Notes: generated from the letters alone by a model not told the origin. Shown: positions 25,566 to 35,814, counted from the stretch's first letter. The stretch is DNA of 40,000 bases from Serratia sp. NPDC078593 (GCF_050268245.1 NZ_JBNNGK010000005.1:258579-298578); one strand, 5' to 3'. A program made the numbers and translations.

Positions 25566-26180
25566 ATGAACCGCTTTCTTATTGCGGATGCCAAATTATG
25601 CATTGGGTGTAACACCTGTATGGCCAGCTGTGCAGAGGAACATCGCCGCGTCGGTTTGCAGGCGTTACCGCGTTTGCAGGTAATGCGCAATGCGCGCGAT
25701 TCTGCACCGGTCATGTGCCACCAATGTGAAGACGCGCCCTGCGCGCAGGTTTGCCCGGTAAACGCGATTCGCCATCAGGATGACGCGATCGTGCTAAACG
25801 AAAGTTTATGCATCAGTTGCAAACTGTGCGGTATCGCCTGCCCGTTTGGCGCGATTGGTTTTAGCGGCAGCGCGCCGCTGGCGATCCCCAGCGATTGCCA
25901 AACGGCTCTAGCCCCGCCACCGCCGACCGCGGCACGTTCCGTTAGCGCGTTTATTGATTGGCAGCCGGGCGTGCGGGCGGTCGCGGTGAAGTGCGATCTG
26001 TGCGCATTCAGCCCAGACGGCCCCGCCTGTATTCGCACCTGCCCAACCCAGGCTATCCGCTTGGTTGCCGATGAGGATATACAGCACGCCAGCGAACAGA
26101 AACGCCGCCATGCGATGCAGGCATTAGCCGCCGATATTCCGTTTATCCGCACTCCCGCCGACCACAAGGAACCAAACTGA
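25566..26180 (+). CDS. hycB: Hydrogenase-3 Fe-S subunit HycB (4x[4Fe-4S] ferredoxin-like)
   Basis: MNRFLIADAKLCIGCNTCMASC..., CHQCEDAPCAQVCP, CISCKLCGIACP, CDLCAF. AAGGAG RBS. Confidence 0.95.
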   Translation: MNRFLIADAKLCIGCNTCMASCAEEHRRVGLQALPRLQVMRNARDSAPVMCHQCEDAPCAQVCPVNAIRHQDDAIVLNESLCISCKLCGIACPFGAIGFSGSAPLAIPSDCQTALAPPPPTAARSVSAFIDWQPGVRAVAVKCDLCAFSPDGPACIRTCPTQAIRLVADEDIQHASEQKRRHAMQALAADIPFIRTPADHKEPN

Positions 26181-28051
26181 TGATCATCGCGTTTCTGCCC
26201 GATCCTTTACTGTTGCTGACGCTATCACTGTGCGGGTCACTACTGCTGGCCGCGCTGTGTTGGTTGCTGGCGATCTGGCCACGCCTGTGCGCCCGCGTAT
26301 GTGCCTGTGGCAGCGTGCTGGTGTCACTGGCCGCCAGCGCGGCGGCGCTACCGTGGTTGTTCAGCCCCCCTCATCATGCCAACCTGCCGGGGTTGCTTTA
26401 CGCGGTAGAGATCAGTGGCCTGAATGCGTTGCTGCTACTCACTCTGTCACTCAGTAACCTGTTCGTTAGCCTGTACCTTTGCCCATGGCTAGCAACGCTC
26501 AAGACACGATCCCGCGCCCGTCAGGGCAGCCTGATCCTATTATTACCGGCGACACTGAACGCTGCCGTCATGGCGGATAACGCGCTGGCTATGGTGTTAT
26601 TACTCGAACTGGCCGCCTTGTGTAGTTACTTTCTGATAGCCGGGCGGCACGACGCGAAAAACCAGCAGGCAAGCCACAGCCACTATGTGCTGATGCGGCT
26701 CGGTACGCTGCTGTTGGTCGCCGCTTTCGCATTGATCTACAGCCAAATTCATAGCCTGCAATTTAGCGCAATGCGCACAACGGTGCTGCCCGCCGCCCTG
26801 CGCGACGGCGTATTTTTGCTGGCGCTGGCCGGTTTCGGCATTTATGCCGGCATCATGCCGTTACATGGCTGGGTTCCGCAGGCGCATAGCAGTGCGCCCG
26901 CGCCCGCTGCTTCACTGCTCTCTTGCGCATTGATGAAGGTTGGGCTGCTCGGCGTGATCAAAATCGGCATGGATGTGCTGGGAGCACCGCCACTGTGGTG
27001 GGGATTGCTGGTCTTGCTGCTGGCGGCCGTTACCGCGTTATTCGGCGGGCTGTACGCGTTGATGGAGCATGATCTGCGACGGCTGTTGGCTTACCACACG
27101 CTGGAGAATATCGGCATCATTTTGCTGGGTATCGGCGGCGCGATGGTTGGGCTGACATTGCAATTACCCACTTTGACCACCCTGGCCTTGGTGGGCGGCC
27201 TATTCCATTTGTTCAATCACAGCCTGTTCAAATCTGCGCTCATGCTTTCCGCCGGCGTTATCGAACAGCAAACCGGGCTGAAGGACATAGAAAAAATGGG
27301 CGGGCTAGCACGCCAAATGCCGTGGACTGCGATTGCGTTGCTGATCGGTCTGGTGTCGATGGCGGCGTTACCGCCGCTTAACGGTTTCGCCAGCGAGTGG
27401 TTGATCTATCAAGGTTTGTTCCAATTTAGCGCCGCACCAGCCTTTCTCGGTCGCCTGTTAGGCCCTCTTTTGGCGGTGGTATTGGCCATCACCGGCGCAT
27501 TGGCGGTGATGTGCGTCAGCAAAGTGTTTGGCGTAGCCTGCCTCGGTGCACCACGCAGTGAGGCCGCCGCTACCGCCCGTCCGGCCAGGTTGTCGCCCAC
27601 ACTCAGTCACGGCTTGCCGGCTTTGCTCTGCCTGTTATGCGGTATCGGCGCACCGTGGCTGATCCCTGTGTTCGCTAAGTTGGCGGCGTCGTTTACCCCC
27701 AATGCTCCACTGCCCACCCCGCTGGTTTCACCACCGCTGTTCGCCATTTTGTTATTGGCAATGCCGTTATTGCCGCTGTTGATTGCCTCCGTTTACCACG
27801 GCAAGCGTCTGGCAACTCGCTCGGCGGGCTCTGCTTGGGCCTGTGGTTATAACTACGAAGCGTCCATGGCGATCACCGCCAGCGGTTTTGCACAACCGCT
27901 GCGGGTGATGTTTGCCCCGCTGTTTGCACTGAGAAAGACATGGCAACCCGAGGTATTACAACGCGCCTTACACCGGGCCCCCATCACCACTTTTTGTCGC
28001 CGCATTGCCGCCATCGAGTTAGCCGTGCTGTTGATCGTGGCGCTAGCCTAA
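26180..28051 (+). CDS. hycC: Hydrogenase-3 membrane subunit HycC (NuoL/antiporter-like)
   Basis: 623-aa polytopic protein. The ATG overlaps the hycB stop. It is the only antiporter-like subunit present, so the cluster is Hyd-3 type and not Hyd-4. Confidence 0.9.
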   Translation: MIIAFLPDPLLLLTLSLCGSLLLAALCWLLAIWPRLCARVCACGSVLVSLAASAAALPWLFSPPHHANLPGLLYAVEISGLNALLLLTLSLSNLFVSLYLCPWLATLKTRSRARQGSLILLLPATLNAAVMADNALAMVLLLELAALCSYFLIAGRHDAKNQQASHSHYVLMRLGTLLLVAAFALIYSQIHSLQFSAMRTTVLPAALRDGVFLLALAGFGIYAGIMPLHGWVPQAHSSAPAPAASLLSCALMKVGLLGVIKIGMDVLGAPPLWWGLLVLLLAAVTALFGGLYALMEHDLRRLLAYHTLENIGIILLGIGGAMVGLTLQLPTLTTLALVGGLFHLFNHSLFKSALMLSAGVIEQQTGLKDIEKMGGLARQMPWTAIALLIGLVSMAALPPLNGFASEWLIYQGLFQFSAAPAFLGRLLGPLLAVVLAITGALAVMCVSKVFGVACLGAPRSEAAATARPARLSPTLSHGLPALLCLLCGIGAPWLIPVFAKLAASFTPNAPLPTPLVSPPLFAILLLAMPLLPLLIASVYHGKRLATRSAGSAWACGYNYEASMAITASGFAQPLRVMFAPLFALRKTWQPEVLQRALHRAPITTFCRRIAAIELAVLLIVALA

Positions 28052-28061
28052 GGAGACCCCA

Positions 28062-28997
28062 ATGACTATTGCCACTTTATTACTCGGCATTCTGCAAGCG
28101 TTGCTGCTGCTGGCTGTCGCACCACTGTTGGCTGGTGTCAGTCGCCAGTTACGCGCCCGCATCCACAGTCGACGAGGCCCCGGCGTATTACAGGAATACC
28201 GTGATATAGCCAAATTACTCAAACGTCAGTCGCTGGTGCCTGCGGGGGCAGGCTTGGCCTTCCGCGCCATGCCTTATCTGTTAACCGCCGTTCTGTTGGT
28301 GATTGCCTGCGCGTTGCCGATGTTGCTGCGTGCTTCTCCGCTACCGGCAATCGGTGATGTCATCACGCTCATTTATCTGTTTGCCGTGGTGCGTTTCGTG
28401 TTTGCTATCGCCGGGCTGGATACCGGCAGCCCTTTCACCGCAATCGGTGCCAGCCGCGAAGCGGTATTGGGCATCCTGGTGGAGCCCATCTTGCTGCTAG
28501 GCCTGTGGGTAGCGGCGCTGGTTGCCGGCACCACCCAACTTGGCGGCATCAGCCAATGCGTCGCCACATGGCCGATATCGGCCAGCGTCCCGCTGCTATT
28601 CGCCATGCTGGCCTGTGGTTTCGCCACCTTTATCGAAATGGGCAAACTGCCCTTTGACATGGCCGAGGCCGAGCAGGAGCTGCAAGAAGGCCCGCTAACC
28701 GAATACGCCGGTGCGGCACTCGGCATTGTTAAATGGGGCATCAGCCTGAAACAACTGGTGGTATTGCAACTGTTTATCGGGGTGTTTGTGCCCTGGGGGC
28801 AAGCCAGTAGTTTGACCTTCCCTGCGTTAGCGACAGCGTTGCTGCTAGCACTGTGCAAACTGCTGCTGGCCGTGGTGGCGATCGCCCTCATTGAAAACAG
28901 CGTAGCGCGTCTGCGTTTTCTCAACACCCCTCGCACCACGTGGGCGGGCTTCAGTCTGGCTTTTCTGGCGCTGGTGTCCTGGCTGGTCGTCGGCTAA
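28062..28997 (+). CDS. hycD: Hydrogenase-3 membrane subunit HycD (NuoH-like)
   Basis: 311-aa polytopic protein in the expected position. AGGAG RBS. Confidence 0.9.
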   Translation: MTIATLLLGILQALLLLAVAPLLAGVSRQLRARIHSRRGPGVLQEYRDIAKLLKRQSLVPAGAGLAFRAMPYLLTAVLLVIACALPMLLRASPLPAIGDVITLIYLFAVVRFVFAIAGLDTGSPFTAIGASREAVLGILVEPILLLGLWVAALVAGTTQLGGISQCVATWPISASVPLLFAMLACGFATFIEMGKLPFDMAEAEQELQEGPLTEYAGAALGIVKWGISLKQLVVLQLFIGVFVPWGQASSLTFPALATALLLALCKLLLAVVAIALIENSVARLRFLNTPRTTWAGFSLAFLALVSWLVVG

Positions 28998-29015
28998 ATC
29001 AACTAAAGGAACAAC

Positions 29016-30719
29016 ATGATGACTGAACATTTGGGCGGAGATTATCTGGCGGCGCTGCAACAGCAATTCCCCACGGCCGTGCTGTGCGCCGAATGGCAAA
29101 CCGCCGATCAACTGACGGTAACGGTGAAACTGAATGCGCTACCGGAGGTGGTGGAATGGCTGTATTACCAGCAAGGTGGCTGGCTTTCGGTGCTGTTTGG
29201 CAACGATGAACGCACACTGTGCGGCAACTATGCGTTGTATTACGTGCTGTCGATGGAGCAAGGGGTGAAATGCTGGGTCACGGTTCGAGCCGAAGTGGAT
29301 GCCCAAACGTTGGAGTTCCCTTCGGTTACGCCGCGTGTCCCGGCCGCGGTCTGGGGCGAGCGTGAGGTGCGTGATATGTATGGCCTGCGCCCGGTGGGGT
29401 TGCCGGATGAACGGCGGTTAGTGTTACCCGATGACTGGCCAGACGATCTCTACCCGCTGCGGAAAGACGCGATGGATTATCGGCAGCGCCCGGCACCCAC
29501 CACTGATGTTGAAACCTATCCATTCGTCAGTGAAGCGGGCGACAAGGCCAACGTGGTACCGATTGGCCCGTTGCACATTACCTCCGATGAACCCGGCCAT
29601 TTCCGCCTGTTCGTCGACGGTGAAGACATTATTGATGCCGACTATCGCCTGTTTTATGTCCACCGCGGTATGGAGAAGCTGGCAGAAACGCGCATGGGTT
29701 ACAACGAAGTCACCTTCCTGTCCGATCGGGTTTGCGGGATCTGCGGTTTTACCCATAGCGTGGCGTACACCAGCTCGGTAGAAAACGCCATGGGCATTCA
29801 GGTGCCGGCGCGGGCACAGATGATTCGTTCCATTCTGCTGGAAGTGGAACGGCTGCATAGCCACTTACTTAATCTCGGTTTAGCCTGCCATTTTGTCGGT
29901 TTCGACAGTGGTTTCATGCAGTTTTTCCGCGTACGCGAAAAATCGATGAAGATGGCCGAAGTCCTGACCGGCGCGCGCAAAACCTATGGCCTAAACCTGA
30001 TTGGCGGCATTCGACGCGACATGCTGAAAGACGACATGCTGCAAACCCTGCGGCTGGCGGCAGAGATGCGCAGCGAACTGAACGATCTGGTGGATATTCT
30101 GCTCAGCACGCCGAATACCGAGCAACGTAGCGTCGGTGTCGGCCGGCTGGATCCGCAGGTCGCCCGCGATTACAGCAACGTTGGTCCGATGCTGCGCGGC
30201 AGCGGCCATCGGCGCGATACCCGTATTGACCATCCGTTTGCCGGTTATGCCGCTCTGCCGGTGGCGTTGTGCGTCGAAACCGGCTGCGATGTCTATTCAC
30301 GTCTGAAAGTCCGCATCCACGAAGTATTCAATTCGCTCGCCATTATCGAATTCGGCCTGCAAAGCCTGCCGGCCGGCCCTCTGGCCGTCGAAGGCTTTAC
30401 TTACGTGCCGCATAAGTTCGCGCTGGGCTTTGCCGAAGCCCCGCGCGGCGACGATATCCACTGGAGCATGACCGGTGATAACCAAAAACTGTTCCGCTGG
30501 CGTTGCCGCGCGGCGACCTACGCCAACTGGCCGACGCTGCGTTATATGTTGCGCGGCAATACCGTTTCCGATGCCCCGCTGATCATCGGCAGCCTCGATC
30601 CCTGTTACTCCTGCACCGATCGCATGACCATCGTTGACGTACGCAAACGCAAATCGATCGTGGTGCCGTACAAAGAGATCGAGCGCTATGGCATCGAGCG
30701 GAAAAACGCCCCATTTTAA
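29016..30719 (+). CDS. hycE: [NiFe] hydrogenase-3 large subunit HycE
   Basis: Near-colinear with E. coli HycE. N-terminal metal site RVCGICGFTHS; C-terminal DPCYSCTDR followed by the cleavable extension MTIVDVRKRK.... Confidence 0.97.
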   Translation: MMTEHLGGDYLAALQQQFPTAVLCAEWQTADQLTVTVKLNALPEVVEWLYYQQGGWLSVLFGNDERTLCGNYALYYVLSMEQGVKCWVTVRAEVDAQTLEFPSVTPRVPAAVWGEREVRDMYGLRPVGLPDERRLVLPDDWPDDLYPLRKDAMDYRQRPAPTTDVETYPFVSEAGDKANVVPIGPLHITSDEPGHFRLFVDGEDIIDADYRLFYVHRGMEKLAETRMGYNEVTFLSDRVCGICGFTHSVAYTSSVENAMGIQVPARAQMIRSILLEVERLHSHLLNLGLACHFVGFDSGFMQFFRVREKSMKMAEVLTGARKTYGLNLIGGIRRDMLKDDMLQTLRLAAEMRSELNDLVDILLSTPNTEQRSVGVGRLDPQVARDYSNVGPMLRGSGHRRDTRIDHPFAGYAALPVALCVETGCDVYSRLKVRIHEVFNSLAIIEFGLQSLPAGPLAVEGFTYVPHKFALGFAEAPRGDDIHWSMTGDNQKLFRWRCRAATYANWPTLRYMLRGNTVSDAPLIIGSLDPCYSCTDRMTIVDVRKRKSIVVPYKEIERYGIERKNAPF

Positions 30720-30731
30720 GGGAACAACCTC

Positions 30732-31265
30732 ATGTTGAAATTGATTAAGAAAGTGCTTAGCACCGGTCAGGTTACCGAAGCCTACCCGGCACAACCGTTG
30801 GCGATCGATGCCAATTTTCGCGGTAAACCGGAGTATCAACCGCAGCAATGTATTGCCTGCGGTGCCTGCGCTAACGCCTGCCCGTCCAACGCGTTGACCA
30901 TGGAGACGGATCTGGAAAATGGCGTTATTCGCTGGCAGTTCTTTCTGGGGCGCTGCATTTTCTGCGCCCGTTGTGAAGAGGTGTGTCCGACGACGGCCAT
31001 CCGTCTGTCGAATCAATTCGAGCTGGCAGTGTGGCGCAAAGAAGATCTGTTCCAACGCGCCGACTTCGCCCTGAGTTATTGCCGTCGCTGCGCTCAGCCT
31101 TATGCCTCACAGAAGGAAGTTGATTACGCGCTGGCGCTGCTGGCGCTGGACGATGACCGTCGTGAGCAGTTTGAAACCTGTCCTGCCTGCAAACAACAAC
31201 AAAGTCTGACCCAGGCCGACCGCATTGACGTTGGCCGCCATTTGACCCGGGAGGTCACCCAATGA
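30732..31265 (+). CDS. hycF: Hydrogenase-3 Fe-S subunit HycF (NuoI-like)
   Basis: [12 protein letters not shown] and [12 protein letters not shown] cluster motifs; expected size and position. Confidence 0.93.
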   Translation: MLKLIKKVLSTGQVTEAYPAQPLAIDANFRGKPEYQPQQCIACGACANACPSNALTMETDLENGVIRWQFFLGRCIFCARCEEVCPTTAIRLSNQFELAVWRKEDLFQRADFALSYCRRCAQPYASQKEVDYALALLALDDDRREQFETCPACKQQQSLTQADRIDVGRHLTREVTQ

Positions 31266-32059
31266 ATCAAACGTTGATTGGCCCACGGGATGCCAACGGG
31301 CAGCCGGTGCCGATTACCCTCGACGACAGCATCGCCCAGTTGAAAAAGACCCTGCTAAACGACATTCGCCGTTCCGCCTATGTTTATCGCGTCGATTGCG
31401 GTGGCTGTAATGGCTGCGAAATCGAGATTTTCGCCGCTATTTCACCGCTGTTCGACGCCGAACGCTTTGGTATTAAGGTCGTCCCTTCGCCACGTCACGC
31501 CGATATTTTGCTGTTCACCGGTGCCGTGACGCGCGCGATGCGTATTCCCGCTATCCGCGCCTGGCTGGCGGCACCGGATCCCAAGATCTGCATTTCCTAC
31601 GGTGCCTGTGGCAATAGCGGTGGCATTTTCCACGATCTGTACTGCGTTTGGGGCGGCACCGATCGTATCGTGCCCGTTGATGTGTATATCCCCGGCTGCC
31701 CGCCCACGCCCGCCGCAACCCTGTATGGGTTTGCGGTGGCGCTGGGGCTGCTGGAACAAAAAATCCACGGCCAGCAGCACGATGAAACTCACGGTGAACC
31801 TGCCGCACTGTTGCATCCCAACCTGCCGCAACCACTGCGTGTCGCCATCGACCGTGAAGCGCGCCGAATGGCGGGATACCGCTATGGCCGACAAATTGCC
31901 GACCAATTTTTGCACCTGCTGGCCGCCAGCGATTCGCAAACGGTGGAACAGCGTATGGCCGCCTATTTATGCCAGCAAGATGATCCACGTCTGGCAGAAA
32001 TCTTCTCTCAATTAATGGACATTTATCAACGCGTACAGCGGGGAGCGTTACGTTTATGA
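31262..32059 (+). CDS. hycG: Hydrogenase-3 small subunit HycG (NuoB-like)
   Basis: [17 protein letters not shown]...[13 protein letters not shown]...YIPGCPPTP matches E. coli HycG. The ATG overlaps the hycF stop. Confidence 0.95.
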   Translation: MNQTLIGPRDANGQPVPITLDDSIAQLKKTLLNDIRRSAYVYRVDCGGCNGCEIEIFAAISPLFDAERFGIKVVPSPRHADILLFTGAVTRAMRIPAIRAWLAAPDPKICISYGACGNSGGIFHDLYCVWGGTDRIVPVDVYIPGCPPTPAATLYGFAVALGLLEQKIHGQQHDETHGEPAALLHPNLPQPLRVAIDREARRMAGYRYGRQIADQFLHLLAASDSQTVEQRMAAYLCQQDDPRLAEIFSQLMDIYQRVQRGALRL

Positions 32060-32472
32060 ACCATAAAAGCAGCCATGTAACGTTTTATTCCCTCAGCCGC
32101 AAGTTTGTGCAGGAGAAGAAAGCGCCGCCTAAGGCGCAGGAAGTGATCTATTACAGTCTGGCCATCGGCCACCATCTGGGGGTGATTGACTGCCTTGAAG
32201 CCAAACTCGACTGCCCACTGCCCGCCTTTCGCGATTGGATCGCGCATTTGCCTGACGGCAGCGCCGCCAGACGCAAGCTGGCTGGCGTGGAGCGATTTGG
32301 CGAAATCAGCATCGACAGCAGTCATACCCACTTGCTCGCCAACGCACTGAGCCACGCCGCCGAACGCATGAGCGGGCAACAACAGCGTTGGAGCCAACAA
32401 TTAATCGCCTTGTTGCAATCCATTGAAAACGAACCGGCGATCTATCTGATGGTCAGGAGGCATCATGACTAA
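32056..32472 (+). CDS. hycH: Formate hydrogenlyase maturation protein HycH
   Basis: 138 aa in the conserved position between hycG and hycI, with overlapping start and stop codons on both sides. Confidence 0.85.
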   Translation: MNHKSSHVTFYSLSRKFVQEKKAPPKAQEVIYYSLAIGHHLGVIDCLEAKLDCPLPAFRDWIAHLPDGSAARRKLAGVERFGEISIDSSHTHLLANALSHAAERMSGQQQRWSQQLIALLQSIENEPAIYLMVRRHHD

Positions 32473-32935
32473 CGTCTTGCTGTGCGTGGGAAATTGCATG
32501 ATGGGTGACGACGGTGCGGGGCCGCTATTGGCGGAACGGTGTTTGGCCGCGCCCCCTGCCGGTTGGACGGTGATTGACGGCGGTGCCGCACCAGAAAATG
32601 ACATACACGCGATTCGGCAACTGCATCCACAACGGCTGGTGATCGTCGACGCCACCGATATGGGGCTTATGCCCGGGGAGATTCGGGTGATCGATCCGGC
32701 GGACATTGCTGAAATGTTCATTATGACTACGCACAACATGCCGCTCAGCTTTCTGATCGACCAACTACGCAGCGATATACCCGAGATTACCTTCATCGGC
32801 ATACAGCCCGAAGTGGTCGCCTTTTATTACCCGATTGGCCCGGCGGTGACGCAAGCGGTCAATAACCTACACCAGCGCCTGAGCCATTGGTCAACCCATG
32901 GCGGCTATCCGACATTCAGCGTGACGTCACCGTGA
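32465..32935 (+). CDS. hycI: HycE C-terminal processing endopeptidase HycI
   Basis: [23 protein letters not shown]...VIDGGAAPEN...VIVDATDMG is the hydrogenase maturation protease pattern. 156 aa, as in E. coli. Confidence 0.93.
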   Translation: MTNVLLCVGNCMMGDDGAGPLLAERCLAAPPAGWTVIDGGAAPENDIHAIRQLHPQRLVIVDATDMGLMPGEIRVIDPADIAEMFIMTTHNMPLSFLIDQLRSDIPEITFIGIQPEVVAFYYPIGPAVTQAVNNLHQRLSHWSTHGGYPTFSVTSP

Positions 32936-32972
32936 CACTGTCATCGACACTTTTGTCGAACCCATCGTCACT
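32921..32972. promoter_or_regulatory. Probable FhlA UAS upstream of hydN-fdhF, overlapping the hycI 3' end
   Basis: GTGACGTCACCGTGACACTGTCATCGACACTTTTGTCGAACCCATCGTCAC carries the same TGTCGA/CGTCAC/GTGAC units as the other two sites. Confidence 0.45.
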
Positions 32973-33010
32973 AAAAACGTAATCCTCTGTTTTTAAAAAC
33001 ATTACTGGGT

Positions 33011-33025
33011 TGGCACGCTTTATGT
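33011..33025 (+). promoter_or_regulatory. sigma54-type promoter of hydN-fdhF
   Basis: TGGCAC-GCTTT-ATGT is 13/15 identical to the hyc promoter, but the -12 element reads GT instead of GC. It lies about 45 bp upstream of the hydN ATG. Confidence 0.55.
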
Positions 33026-33069
33026 ATATAGGTTGCCCTAGCGCAATCGTCCCCAATCAGGAGTTCATG

Positions 33070-33612
33070 ATGAACCGGTTCATTATCGCCGATCCGAAAA
33101 AGTGTATCGGCTGCCGTACCTGCGAAATCGCCTGTGTCATGGCACACAGTGAAACACAAGACATATCGGCGTTGACCGCTGCGACCTTCGCCCCGCGGCT
33201 GCACGTTATTAAAGGCGTCAACGTCAGTACCGCGGTGTTATGCCGCCAGTGTGAAGACGCGCCCTGCGCCAATGTTTGCCCTAACGGGGCCATCAGCCGT
33301 CAAAACGGCATAGTGCTCGTGATGCAGGAACGCTGCATCGGCTGCAAAACCTGCGTGGTGGCCTGCCCCTACGGTGCGATGGAGGTACTCACCCGCCCAG
33401 TGATTCGCCAGAACGGCGCACAGTTGAGCGCAACCAGCGACAAAGCGGAAGCGCACAAATGCGATTTATGCATCGGGCGCGACGCTGGCCCCGCCTGTAT
33501 GGAAACCTGCCCAACCAACGCACTACACTGCGTCGATCGCAATCTGTTGCAGGAAATGAACGCCGAGAAACGCCGCCGGGCGGCGCTCGACAACGTGTCG
33601 TCACTGTTTTAG
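33070..33612 (+). CDS. hydN: Electron-transfer Fe-S protein HydN
   Basis: MNRFIIADPKKCIGCRTCEIACVMAH...VIKGVNVSTAVLCRQCEDAPCANVCPNGAISR is near-identical to E. coli HydN. AGGAG lies 6 nt upstream of ATG 33070; ATG 33067 is also possible. Confidence 0.93.
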   Translation: MNRFIIADPKKCIGCRTCEIACVMAHSETQDISALTAATFAPRLHVIKGVNVSTAVLCRQCEDAPCANVCPNGAISRQNGIVLVMQERCIGCKTCVVACPYGAMEVLTRPVIRQNGAQLSATSDKAEAHKCDLCIGRDAGPACMETCPTNALHCVDRNLLQEMNAEKRRRAALDNVSSLF

Positions 33613-33623
33613 GAATTGAAACG

Positions 33624-35780
33624 ATGAAAAAAATTACGACGGTCTGCCCCTACTGTGGCGCTGGCTGCAAAATGAAATTGGTGGTGGATAATGGCAAAAT
33701 TATCCGAGCCGAAGCCGCCGATGGGGTGACCAATCAAGGTGAACTGTGCCTGAAGGGTTATTACGGCTGGGACTTTCTGAACGATACCAAACTGCTGACG
33801 CCACGCCTAACCCAGCCGCTGATCCGCCGCGAAAAAGGCGGTAAGTTTGAAGCGGTCAGTTGGGATGAAGCCATTCGCTATACCGCGCAACGGCTGCAAG
33901 CCATTAAGCAGCAGCACGGCGCGCGCGCTATCATGCATACCGGTTCGTCACGCGGCACCGGCAATGAAACCAACTATGTGATGCAGAAATTTGCCCGCGC
34001 GGTGATCGGTAACAACAACGTTGACTGCTGCGCCCGGGTTTGCCACGGCCCGTCGGTAGCCGGTCTACAAGCGACGTTGGGCAACGGTGCGATGAGCAAT
34101 TCAATCGGCGACATCGAAAACTCAAAATGTTTGCTGATCATCGGCTACAACTGCGCCGATTCGCATCCGATCGTGGCGCGTCGGGTGTTAAAAGCCAAAG
34201 AAAAAGGCGCGCAGATCGTGGTCTGCGATCCACGCCGTATTGAGACAGCCCGCATTGCCGACCAACATCTGCAAATCAACAACGGCTGCAATATGGCGCT
34301 GGTTAACGCCTTTGGCTACGTATTGATCGAAGAAAATCTGTATGACCGCGATTATGTGGCGAAATACACCGAAGGCTTCGAGGCTTATCGCCAACAGGTG
34401 GCCGATTACGCGCCAGAAACGGTTGAACAACTAACCGGCGTCAGCGCGCAACAAATTCGTCAGGCAATGCGCACCTATGCCAGTGCCCCTTCCGCCACCA
34501 TTATGTGGGGTATGGGCGTCACCCAATTTGGTCAGGCGGTGGATGTGGTGAAGGGATTAGCCAGCCTGGCGTTGCTAACCGGCAATTTAGGCCGTGCCAA
34601 CGTCGGGGTTGGGCCGGTTCGCGGGCAAAACAATGTGCAAGGTGCCTGCGACATGGGCGTGCTACCGAACGAGTTCCCCGGTTATCAATCCGTCACCGAT
34701 GCCGCGGTTCGCGCCAAGTTTGCCGCAGCCTGGGGTATTGACGCCGCAAGCCTGGATCCTGATGTCGGTTATCGCATTACCGAAGTGCCGCATTTAGTGC
34801 ATGAAGGCAAAGTGAAAGCCTATTACATCATGGGGGAAGATCCGTTACAGACCGAGGCCGATCTTAGCCTGGTGCGCAGCGCTTTCGAAAAGTTAGAGTT
34901 CATCGTGGTGCAGGACATCTTCATGACCAAAACCGCCGAACAGGCGGATGTGATCCTACCTTCAACGTCATGGGGCGAACACGGCGGCGTATTTTCGTGC
35001 GCCGATCGTGGCTTCCAACGTTTCGAAAAAGCCATCGAGCCGCAGTACAACGTTAAACGCGACTGGGAAATTATCAGTCTGCTGGCGACCGCGTTGGGCT
35101 ACCCGATGCATTACGACAATAACCAGCAAATCTGGGACGAAATGCGCGCGCTGTGCCCGCTGTTCTACGGCGCCACCTACGAAAAAATGGGCGAGCTTGG
35201 CCACGTACAATGGCCTTGCCCTACGCTTGAGCACCCCGGCACCCCCTATCTGTACCAAGGGAATCAATTCACCACCCCGTCTGGCAAAGGGCAACTGTTT
35301 GCCGCCCGCTGGCGCGCCCCGGCAGAAGTGCCAGACGCCACCTACCCGTTGGTGCTGTGTACGGTTCGTGAAGTGGGCCACTACTCCTGCCGTTCCATGA
35401 CCGGCAACTGCGCTGCGCTGCAAACGCTGGCGGATGAACCCGGCTTCGTGCAGATCAATCCGCAAGACGCCCATGCCCTCGGCATTGGCGACCAGCAATT
35501 AGTCTGGGTCGCTTCACGCCGCGGTAAGGTGATCTCTCGTGCTAATTACAACGAACGCATCAATCTTGGTGCGGTGTACATGACCTATCAATGGTGGATC
35601 GGTGCCTGTAATGAACTCACGCAGGAGAACCTCGATCCGATATCCAAAACACCGGAAACCAAATACTGCGCGGTTAAGCTCGACGCGATTAGCGATCAAC
35701 ACTGGGCGGAAAACTACGCCAGTCAAAGTTATAGCGAGATGAAAGCCCGCCTGCGCAGCGCGGCTGAAGATGTGCTGTAA
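33624..35780 (+). CDS. fdhF: Formate dehydrogenase H (FdhF), cysteine-type (no selenocysteine codon)
   Basis: MKKITTVCPYCGAGCKMKLVVDNGKI... is colinear with E. coli FdhF. Residue 140 in NVDCCARVCHGPSVAG is TGC (34041-34043), where E. coli has in-frame TGA (Sec). Confidence 0.95.
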   Translation: MKKITTVCPYCGAGCKMKLVVDNGKIIRAEAADGVTNQGELCLKGYYGWDFLNDTKLLTPRLTQPLIRREKGGKFEAVSWDEAIRYTAQRLQAIKQQHGARAIMHTGSSRGTGNETNYVMQKFARAVIGNNNVDCCARVCHGPSVAGLQATLGNGAMSNSIGDIENSKCLLIIGYNCADSHPIVARRVLKAKEKGAQIVVCDPRRIETARIADQHLQINNGCNMALVNAFGYVLIEENLYDRDYVAKYTEGFEAYRQQVADYAPETVEQLTGVSAQQIRQAMRTYASAPSATIMWGMGVTQFGQAVDVVKGLASLALLTGNLGRANVGVGPVRGQNNVQGACDMGVLPNEFPGYQSVTDAAVRAKFAAAWGIDAASLDPDVGYRITEVPHLVHEGKVKAYYIMGEDPLQTEADLSLVRSAFEKLEFIVVQDIFMTKTAEQADVILPSTSWGEHGGVFSCADRGFQRFEKAIEPQYNVKRDWEIISLLATALGYPMHYDNNQQIWDEMRALCPLFYGATYEKMGELGHVQWPCPTLEHPGTPYLYQGNQFTTPSGKGQLFAARWRAPAEVPDATYPLVLCTVREVGHYSCRSMTGNCAALQTLADEPGFVQINPQDAHALGIGDQQLVWVASRRGKVISRANYNERINLGAVYMTYQWWIGACNELTQENLDPISKTPETKYCAVKLDAISDQHWAENYASQSYSEMKARLRSAAEDVL

Positions 35781-35794
35781 CCGTTAGCCAAACT

Positions 35795-35814
35795 GGGACG
35801 AATACCTTCGTCCC
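35795..35814 (+). terminator. Hairpin (terminator or attenuator) between fdhF and hypF
   Basis: GGGACGAA-tacc-TTCGTCCC is a perfect 8-bp stem followed by ttgcttaattt. Confidence 0.5.

Noticed and set aside
34041-34043. In-frame TGA (selenocysteine) expected in fdhF
   Set aside because: I looked for it specifically. The codon is TGC and the gene is one uninterrupted ORF, so no recoding event is needed here.
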